A stretch of DNA of 64,000 nucleotides from Oscillospiraceae bacterium (GTDB lineage Bacteria; Bacillota; Clostridia; Oscillospirales; Acutalibacteraceae): positions 44,154-108,153 of the forward strand of contig SVOI01000002.1 in NCBI GenBank assembly GCA_015066465.1, read 5' to 3'. The notes under the pieces are model-generated. The model was not told where the DNA came from. It ran no database searches and saw only the letters and a program-made list of their open reading frames with translations. The position numbers were made by a program, and so were the translations under genes. This document shows positions 43,777-51,161 of this stretch, one piece after another (the stretch's first letter is position 1; every line of letters begins with the position of its first letter).

Positions 43777-45258
43777 ATGAGATACCACAACATTTTATGG
43801 GATTGGAACGGCACGCTTATTGATGATGCTGTTACCTCTCTCAACTGCGTTAACGATATGCTCACCGAAATGAACAAACCACTTATTTCCTTAGAGCAAT
43901 ACTACACTTATGTAGAAACGCCCATAATCGGCTTTTACAGGCATATTTTAACAGAAGACGAGTTGGATTTCCCTGTTATATCAAAATCGTTTCACGATAG
44001 CTACAATAATCGTATAAAAGAAACATTTTTAGCTGATAATGCAGAAATCACTTTAAAAACATTAAAAGAAAAGGGTGCAAAGCAATACATAATAACTGCC
44101 ACTAAAGAAGAAAGTGCCAGAAATTTAGCATTTCAATATGGTGTAGGCGAATATTTTGAAGGTATTTTTGGTGCTGACAACACACTTGCTGAAAGCAAGA
44201 TAGAAAGAGCATTAAGCTTCTTTAAAAAAAATAATATCAATCCAAGAGATACACTTTTTATTGGTGATACCCTACACGATTTAGAAACTGCTAACGCTTT
44301 GGGTGTCGATTGTATTCTTGTAACTTATGGTCACCAAGGCAAAGAAATCACTGAGAACAGTGGCACCGTAGTTGTTGATAATCTGAACGACGTTTTAGAT
44401 ATAATCCTTGATGACAGAGCAGTTGACTTTCACACTCATTCAACTTGTTCTGATGGTACTTTAACACCAACAGAATTAATAAAGCACGCAGAAAGCGTCG
44501 GTCTTTCTGCTATAGCTCTTACCGACCACGATTCCGTAGATGGAATTGAAGAAGCAATACTTGCAAGTAAAGACACTAACCTTGAATTTATTCCCGGTAT
44601 TGAATTCTCTGTTACTGCGGATACAGAAATTCATATCATTGGTCTTTTTATAGACCATAAAAATAAAACTCTTTTAAAAACAATTGAAAAAACAAGAAGC
44701 CAACGAAAAGGCAGAATGGAAGAAATTTGTGAAAAACTAAGAGCCCACGGCTTTGAAATTACTTATGAAGAGGCTTCAAAGCTTGCTGGAGGTGACTTCT
44801 TGGGCAGAGCACACATAGCACAGCTTATGATGAACAAAGGCTACGTAGAAACTGTTAAAGAAGCGTTTGATAAATATATCGGCTTAAACAAACCTTGCTA
44901 TGCCGTTAAGAAAGAAATCACCCCAAAAGACGCTATAACGGCTATAAGAAGCGCTGGTGGACTCGCTTTCTTAGCTCATTTACATCAGACCAAATTTGAC
45001 AACGAAAGACTTTACAAGCTATTAAAAGAATTAAAAGGCTACGGCTTAAATGGTATTGAGGGGTATTACACAGAATACTCAGATGAAAATATTGCTGAAT
45101 TCAGAACACTCGCTCAAAAGCTTGGACTTTTTTACTCTGGTGGCTCAGATTTTCACGGCAGTATGAAGCCAAAAGTAAGTTTAAAAACAGGATATGGTGA
45201 TTTACATATTCCTTATAGTACTTTATCAACATTAAAACGTTTAAAATCAAAAATATAG
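43777..45258 (+). CDS. HAD-hydrolase / PHP-phosphoesterase fusion protein
   Basis: 493 aa. The N-terminal HAD fold has motif I as ILWDWNGTLID and motif IV as FIGDTLHD. The C-terminal PHP domain has VDFHTHSTCSDG and LTDHDSVDG. Confidence 0.8.
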   Translation: MRYHNILWDWNGTLIDDAVTSLNCVNDMLTEMNKPLISLEQYYTYVETPIIGFYRHILTEDELDFPVISKSFHDSYNNRIKETFLADNAEITLKTLKEKGAKQYIITATKEESARNLAFQYGVGEYFEGIFGADNTLAESKIERALSFFKKNNINPRDTLFIGDTLHDLETANALGVDCILVTYGHQGKEITENSGTVVVDNLNDVLDIILDDRAVDFHTHSTCSDGTLTPTELIKHAESVGLSAIALTDHDSVDGIEEAILASKDTNLEFIPGIEFSVTADTEIHIIGLFIDHKNKTLLKTIEKTRSQRKGRMEEICEKLRAHGFEITYEEASKLAGGDFLGRAHIAQLMMNKGYVETVKEAFDKYIGLNKPCYAVKKEITPKDAITAIRSAGGLAFLAHLHQTKFDNERLYKLLKELKGYGLNGIEGYYTEYSDENIAEFRTLAQKLGLFYSGGSDFHGSMKPKVSLKTGYGDLHIPYSTLSTLKRLKSKI

Positions 45259-45262
45259 TCAA

Positions 45263-45300
45263 AAATAAGGATTGCAAGTAATTTGCAATCCTTATTTTCT
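45263..45300 (+). terminator. Intrinsic terminator after the HAD-PHP gene
   Basis: AAATAAGGATTGCAA-gtaa-TTTGCAATCCTTATTT followed by TCT. It abuts the next gene's RBS. Confidence 0.7.
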
Positions 45301-45310
45301 GGTGATATTT

Positions 45311-46156
45311 ATGAGTGGTTTTATAAAAGTCAAAGTAAAAGAATTATTACTGAATAATACTTTAAAATTGTTTTTAGTTTCTTTTACAGCTTTTATATTA
45401 AAAGCTTTAATGAGTGCTTTTGTATTTCTTTTTACAAACACACTTTTAATAAGTCCCTTTTTACAAGACTTGGTTATAAAGTATAACAGTCTGCTTGTGT
45501 ATTTCATTTATAGCTTATTGACAATTACTCTTTATTTTTTATTAATCTTATTTATTTGTGGTTTAAAAATGGGTGAAAATGCTATTTATTTTATGGAATC
45601 AAAAATGAGTAAAGCAAAATTTAAATATCTGTTTATCTTTTTGAGACCAAGCCAGAGCTTCAGAGCATTTCTTCTATATTTCAGATTATTATTCTTAAAA
45701 ACACTGTGGGCATTATTCTTTTTTTCTGTTCCACTATTTTGTGTTACTCTTATTATTTTCTTATATGTTACTACTTCAAGCTATGCTTTGGTTTTATATA
45801 CGCTTATAATTGGCACGGCGTTTTTATCATCTGTATCATTATTTTATTATAACTGTTCAAAAATCCGCTACTCTTATGCAATTTATTATTTATGCACCGA
45901 CTTAAAAATAAGTGTAACAGATGCTATAAATAAGAGTATTGAACACTCCGATAACTTTATTAAAGATGGTGTGATTTTAAAATCATCTTTTTTATTCTGG
46001 CTTCTTAGCTGTATGCTGTTTTTCCCAATTTTTTACGTTATTCCATTTACTAAGCTTTCAAAAGCAAGATTTATTACTTTTACTGATGGATTAAGATATG
46101 CTTTACCACAAACTAATTATTTACCTTACACAAATAAAAAAGGCAACCGTATTTAA
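45311..46156 (+). CDS. Polytopic integral membrane protein (DUF975-like, uncertain)
   Basis: About 281 aa with 5-6 hydrophobic helices. Start set at the ATG 4 nt after GGTGAT. Confidence 0.6.
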   Translation: MSGFIKVKVKELLLNNTLKLFLVSFTAFILKALMSAFVFLFTNTLLISPFLQDLVIKYNSLLVYFIYSLLTITLYFLLILFICGLKMGENAIYFMESKMSKAKFKYLFIFLRPSQSFRAFLLYFRLLFLKTLWALFFFSVPLFCVTLIIFLYVTTSSYALVLYTLIIGTAFLSSVSLFYYNCSKIRYSYAIYYLCTDLKISVTDAINKSIEHSDNFIKDGVILKSSFLFWLLSCMLFFPIFYVIPFTKLSKARFITFTDGLRYALPQTNYLPYTNKKGNRI

Positions 46157-46174
46157 TAATACGGTTGCTTTTTA
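46143..46174. terminator. Bidirectional terminator
   Basis: GCAACCGTATT-taat-AATACGGTTGC followed by TTTTTA. It overlaps the end of the upstream CDS. Confidence 0.7.
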
Positions 46175-46183
46175 TTAAAAGAA

Positions 46184-47263
46184 TTATTCATCCAAATTGA
46201 TATTACCAGTTTTATTGATTTTTCTGATTGCATCTTCATTCATTTCAAGAGAAGCATTTTCATCTACATACTCCTGACCATGAATTTGTGGTGCTTGTTG
46301 TTTTTCCAACTTACTACGTCTGTTTCTCACGAAGTCATCGTGACGGATTGCAGGCTGACCTGACATAGGTTCAACAAAGAATAATTCATCTTCTTCCTCT
46401 TCAGGTAAGAATCTATATCTGTTAACAATAAGCCAGATTATAACGCCTACTACAACAATAGCAATAGCAACAATAGTTAAAATCTTGCCTAAGCCCATCT
46501 TAGTTGCCTCGTCGTTCTTGTCATCCTCTACTTCTGCAATACTCTCGAACTGAGCTTCTACAATAACGTTGTTAGCCGGCATTTCAAAAGTATATTTATC
46601 AATAAATTTACCATTCACGCTCAAGGAATTCTCAACTAATCTGCTACCCTTATCAGGAGTAACTGTGATTGTAACAATTTCACCTTCAGCTGCTCTTGTT
46701 GGTTCAACCGTAACTACACCACCTAAGTTTGTACTTACAGTAATTGAGAATAATGAATCTTCGTCAAGTGAAATCCACTTTGCATAAAGAACTGTATCTT
46801 CTGTTGCTTTAGATGTTAAGAAATCCCATTTTTCAGTTAATAATTCATCTGAATACCAACCATCAAATTTAAAGCCTTCCTTTTTAGGAGCAGCTGGAAC
46901 AGCCACTTTACCATCTGCTGAAACGTCAGCGTAAATCGCCGCTTCACCATTGTTCAACTCCAATTTAACACCTTCGCCTGTAACTGTAGTCACTGTAGAA
47001 GTTGTTGGTGGGTTAGTAGTTGTTGGACGATAAACAGGCCTTGTTGTAGTTGGTGCCTGTGTAGGTCTTTGTGTAGTTGGTGCTTCTGTAGGAGCACTTG
47101 TTGGTGCCTCTGTAGGAGCTTCTGTTGGTGCTTCTGTTGGTATTTCTTCAATAACAAAATCGTCTTCGCCATCAGTTGTAGCAAAAGCACATAAATTAAT
47201 TGAGAGTGCTGAAATAAGCACTAACAAAGCCACAAGTAAAACCTTAACTTTCTTCACTTTCAT
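46184..47263 (-). CDS. Surface protein with Pro/Thr-rich linker, Listeria-Bacteroides (Flg_new) repeat and C-terminal TM
   Basis: Signal peptide, (PTEA)n tract, GFKFDGWYSDELLTEKWDF...VLYAKW repeat, TM ILTIVAIAIVVVGVIIWLIV. Start set at the ATG 6 nt after GGAG. Confidence 0.75.
   Translation of the reverse strand: MKVKKVKVLLVALLVLISALSINLCAFATTDGEDDFVIEEIPTEAPTEAPTEAPTSAPTEAPTTQRPTQAPTTTRPVYRPTTTNPPTTSTVTTVTGEGVKLELNNGEAAIYADVSADGKVAVPAAPKKEGFKFDGWYSDELLTEKWDFLTSKATEDTVLYAKWISLDEDSLFSITVSTNLGGVVTVEPTRAAEGEIVTITVTPDKGSRLVENSLSVNGKFIDKYTFEMPANNVIVEAQFESIAEVEDDKNDEATKMGLGKILTIVAIAIVVVGVIIWLIVNRYRFLPEEEEDELFFVEPMSGQPAIRHDDFVRNRRSKLEKQQAPQIHGQEYVDENASLEMNEDAIRKINKTGNINLDE
47075..47140 (-). repeat. 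In-frame 12-nt tandem repeat encoding (PTEA/PTSA)x5
   Basis: The DNA repeats gcttctgttggt-like units. The protein reads PTEAPTEAPTEAPTSAPTEAPT. Confidence 0.85.
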
Positions 47264-47275
47264 CACATACTCCAA

Positions 47276-48433
47276 TCAATAAGTTGAACTCATATCTTCA
47301 TTTATTTTTTCGTTAACCGTTTTCTGGTATGTAGAGTTATTAATTTTTTCCTGAAGCATAGAGTAGAATAAATCCTCATCAATAGGTAAAGTAACAGTTT
47401 TTCCTAACCAGCTTGAAAGGAAAGCCGCATTAGAAATAGTAAGACCGTTAATACCCTCTTCACCTGATGCTGTAAGCTCTTCCCCACGAAGAATAGCACC
47501 AGCGAACTTATTCATAACCTCTGTGTGTTGCTCATTTCTGCCATCAAGCTCCGCTTCATAGGTCTTGCTTTCAATAGTAGTGAAGCCATCTTCGCAGCAT
47601 TTAATATTATCTGACACACCTTGTGACAATTCGGTCACTGACAATATACCATTTTCGCATATAATTTTGGCTTTGTCAAGTGTTATTTCTAACCTATTTG
47701 TGCCTGGAAAATCGCCTGTTGTTGTGATAAATGTACCAGTTGCACCATTTTTATATTGTGCATAAATCATAACGTCGTCTTCAACTTCGATATCATGCCA
47801 CTTACCCTCGTGACAAACAGCAGTAATCTTTTCAGGCATACCGCAAATCCATTGCCATAAGTCTAATTGGTGTGGACATTGATTAAGAAGCACACCGCCA
47901 CCTTCACCAGACCAGGTTGCACGCCATCCGCCTGAATTATAATAGCTCTGTGTTCTATACCAATCTGTAATAATCCAAGTAACTCTTTTTAATTCGCCAT
48001 ATTTACCACTGTGAACAATCTCATGTGCTTTTCTATAAAGGCAGTTTGTTCTCTGGTTGAACATAATACCGAATATTTTGTCGCTCTTTTTAGCAACTTC
48101 ATTCATTTCACGAACCTGTTTTGTGTAAACACCTGCAGGCTTCTCACTCATAACGTGGAGACCTTTGTTAAGACCTTCAATAACCATTGGTGGATGGAAA
48201 TAGTGTGGTGTAGCAATTAAAATTGCATCAACCTCACCTGAATCCATAAGAAGAGAAGCATCCTTAAAGGTTTTCACATCAGGAAGCTGTTCTTTTGCCC
48301 ATTCTAATCTGTCTTCTTTAACATCACAAACTGCGGTAATAATAAATTCAGGCATCTCGTTTTTGAGATAATTTCTTATGTGGCTTGAACCCATATTACC
48401 TACACCAATAATACCTAAACGTACTTTTTCCAT
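47276..48433 (-). CDS. Gfo/Idh/MocA-family oxidoreductase
   Basis: 385 aa. N-terminal Rossmann RLGIIGVGNMGSSH and an EKP motif. Confidence 0.85.
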   Translation of the reverse strand: MEKVRLGIIGVGNMGSSHIRNYLKNEMPEFIITAVCDVKEDRLEWAKEQLPDVKTFKDASLLMDSGEVDAILIATPHYFHPPMVIEGLNKGLHVMSEKPAGVYTKQVREMNEVAKKSDKIFGIMFNQRTNCLYRKAHEIVHSGKYGELKRVTWIITDWYRTQSYYNSGGWRATWSGEGGGVLLNQCPHQLDLWQWICGMPEKITAVCHEGKWHDIEVEDDVMIYAQYKNGATGTFITTTGDFPGTNRLEITLDKAKIICENGILSVTELSQGVSDNIKCCEDGFTTIESKTYEAELDGRNEQHTEVMNKFAGAILRGEELTASGEEGINGLTISNAAFLSSWLGKTVTLPIDEDLFYSMLQEKINNSTYQKTVNEKINEDMSSTY

Positions 48434-48455
48434 AAGTTTTCTCCTTCACAAGTAA

Positions 48456-50906
48456 TTACATAGATTTAAACAAATCCGGTAGCTTCATTAAAGCTGACGG
48501 AATATTTTTTACTAATTTGAGAGCACTCGGAGTCAATGGCTTATCATTGAGAACGTCGCAAAGCGCATCACACATCTCGTCATTGAACACACCCGAGCTC
48601 ATTGTTACAAAGCAACGAAGTGGTATCTGGAACGCTGTGTTCTTCATCATCTCGCTGTTTATACCGCCACCGCCGATTTTTTCAACCGCCGCCGTAATGA
48701 GTTTTGTTATTTTTTCACCACGAACTGTACCATCTGCATATTCAAGTGTACAGTTTTTATCAATAGGAAGTGACATATCACGTTCACTCTCTGGTATTTC
48801 GTGACCTAAAACTGCAGTAAACTCATCATCTGTGACAACAGCCATATCGCCATTGTAATATACAGGTGCCACTTCTCTGTAATCAGGAACCTCAGCACCA
48901 ATAGATGACGTAACCTTAACTGAATCAGTTAAATAAATTTCTTTTGATGAAGCACCAACGAGAATTTTATATTCCCCTGTTTCTACGTGCCAATCATTTA
49001 TATTTACATTATAAAAAGCAAATGAGCGTTTATTGAGCTCCACCGAAACTTCTTTTTCTTCACCCGATTTCAAAAATACCTTTTTAAAGCCTTTTAATTC
49101 TTTAGGCGCTTTGAAAATTTTACTTTCAGGAGAAGCTACGTAAACCTGTGCTACCTCTGCACCGTCTCTCTTACCAGTATTTTTAACTTTGAATGAAACG
49201 GTAACTGTATCAGTATCTTTAATACTTTTACTACTGAGTTTAATATCTGAATATTCGAACGTTGTGTAAGAAAGACCAAAACCGAATGGGAATAAAACAT
49301 CCTTTTCTGTTTTATCGTAATATCTGTATCCAATAAATATACTTTCACGGTACTCTACTGAAAGAAGTGTACCAGGGAAATTATTTCTTGCTGGAGTATC
49401 TTCTAAATTAAGAGGATAGGTTTCAGAAAGCTTACCAGACGGATTAACCTTGCCTGTAAGAACGTCAAACGTTGCACCGCCACCTGCCTGACCCAATAAA
49501 AGACCATTAAGAACTGCTTTCACGTCATAAAGCCACGGCATAGAAACTGCAGAACCGCCTGAAAGCACAACTACAACATTACTGTTACACTCTGAAACTG
49601 CTTTAATAAGTTCATTGTGGGCTGGTGGAAGATTAATATGCTTTCTGTCAAAGCCCTCTGATTCATAAATCTCGGTAAGACCTGCAAACACCACTGCTAC
49701 GTCAGCTTTTTTTGCAAGTTCAACTGCTGAAGCAATAAGCTTACTGTCAGGTTCATCAGTAGATTTATCGTAGCCACGAGCATACGCTACTTTATAACCA
49801 TTCCTTAAAAATTCCTGATAACACGAGTCGAGTTCGGTTGGATTTATAAGCGAACTACCTGCACCCTGATATCTCGGATATTTAGCCATTTCACCGATAA
49901 ACGCTATCTTCTTTGATTTATCCAATGGTAAAATGTTATCTGTATTTTTAAGAAGCACCATAGATTCACTTGCAATTTTTCGTGCAAGCTTATGGTTTTC
50001 TTTCATATCACAATTATAATCTGAATGTAAATTCTCTGCACCCTTTAATATCAATTCTAAAATTGTATCAACGTTTTTATCGAGTATATTTACATCTAAT
50101 TCGCCACTCTCAACGGCTTTTATAATTTTTTGTGGACCTAAGCCACCAGAGCTTGGCATTTCAAGATTTTTACCAGCTTTAATGCCATCAACAATTTCGT
50201 TTTCAGCACCCCAGTCGGTAACTACCACGCCACTGTAGCCCCATTCATCTCTTAAAACATCTGTAAGGAGCCATTTATTTTCCGCACAGTACGTACCATT
50301 CAACTTATTATAAGCATTCATAACTGTCCAAGGTTTTGACTCCTTAACAGCAATTTCGAATGCTGTGAGATAAATCTCTCTTAAAGTTCTTTCATCTGCA
50401 ACTGTGTTTATGGTCATTCTTCTGCATTCCTGATTATTCGCAGCAAAATGCTTTAAAGACGTGCCGACACCTTTACTCTGAACACCATTTATAAATGAAG
50501 CAGCCATTTTACCAGCTAAAAATGGATCCTCTGAAAAATATTCAAAATTTCTGCCACAAAGTGGAGAACGCTTCATATTTATACCTGGTCCTAAAAGAAC
50601 TGAAACGTTTTCTTTTAAGCATTCATCACCTAAAGCTTTACCCATTTCACAAATCAATTCAGTATCCCAACTACTTGCAGTAGCACTCGCTGTAGGGAAA
50701 CACGTTGCAGGAGCACTGTTGCCTAAAACGTCACCAGCCGCAGTTTTTTCCTGATTTTGTTTTCTTAAGCCGTGTGGGCCATCGGTTACCATAATTGATG
50801 GTATTCCTAAACGCTCAACACCAACTAAATGCCAGAAATCTTTACCTGAACAAAGTGCTGCTTTTTCTTCTAACGTAAGCTTTGAAATAATATCTTTATA
50901 TTTCAT
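48456..50906 (-). CDS. Glycoside hydrolase family 3 beta-glucosidase (canonical domain order)
   Basis: 816 aa. MVTDGPHGLRK, KHFAANNQE, nucleophile VVVTDWGA, then an alpha/beta sandwich and an Fn3-like domain (FGFGLSYTTFEYS). Confidence 0.9.
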   Translation of the reverse strand: MKYKDIISKLTLEEKAALCSGKDFWHLVGVERLGIPSIMVTDGPHGLRKQNQEKTAAGDVLGNSAPATCFPTASATASSWDTELICEMGKALGDECLKENVSVLLGPGINMKRSPLCGRNFEYFSEDPFLAGKMAASFINGVQSKGVGTSLKHFAANNQECRRMTINTVADERTLREIYLTAFEIAVKESKPWTVMNAYNKLNGTYCAENKWLLTDVLRDEWGYSGVVVTDWGAENEIVDGIKAGKNLEMPSSGGLGPQKIIKAVESGELDVNILDKNVDTILELILKGAENLHSDYNCDMKENHKLARKIASESMVLLKNTDNILPLDKSKKIAFIGEMAKYPRYQGAGSSLINPTELDSCYQEFLRNGYKVAYARGYDKSTDEPDSKLIASAVELAKKADVAVVFAGLTEIYESEGFDRKHINLPPAHNELIKAVSECNSNVVVVLSGGSAVSMPWLYDVKAVLNGLLLGQAGGGATFDVLTGKVNPSGKLSETYPLNLEDTPARNNFPGTLLSVEYRESIFIGYRYYDKTEKDVLFPFGFGLSYTTFEYSDIKLSSKSIKDTDTVTVSFKVKNTGKRDGAEVAQVYVASPESKIFKAPKELKGFKKVFLKSGEEKEVSVELNKRSFAFYNVNINDWHVETGEYKILVGASSKEIYLTDSVKVTSSIGAEVPDYREVAPVYYNGDMAVVTDDEFTAVLGHEIPESERDMSLPIDKNCTLEYADGTVRGEKITKLITAAVEKIGGGGINSEMMKNTAFQIPLRCFVTMSSGVFNDEMCDALCDVLNDKPLTPSALKLVKNIPSALMKLPDLFKSM

Positions 50907-50968
50907 AAATATCGCCTCGCATTTTACAGAGTTTTTCGGGAATACTGATGTTAATAGGTGGTGAAACT

Positions 50969-51124
50969 ATGAGTAAAAATAAAAAGAAAAATCTTTCTAA
51001 AGATGAAGAAGTAATAAAAGCGTATAAAACCGATTTTACCAATGTAAAGAGTGATGTCAACGGCTCTTATACAGGTATTACTGAAAATTACGAAGTACCT
51101 GAACAAGATGCCGACGACCTTTAA
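50969..51124 (+). CDS. 51-aa hypothetical protein (basic N-terminus, acidic C-terminus)
   Basis: MSKNKKKNLSKDEEVIKAYKTDFTNVKSDVNGSYTGITENYEVPEQDADDL. GGTGGTGA RBS 5 nt upstream, own terminator. Too short for the ORF track. Confidence 0.5.
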   Translation: MSKNKKKNLSKDEEVIKAYKTDFTNVKSDVNGSYTGITENYEVPEQDADDL

Positions 51125-51133
51125 TTTATTTTC

Positions 51134-51160
51134 AAAAATCCGTTAAAGCAACGGATTTTT
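51134..51160. terminator. Bidirectional terminator
   Basis: AAAATCCGTT-aaagc-AACGGATTTT with flanking A and T runs. Confidence 0.75.
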
Positions 51161-51161
51161 G

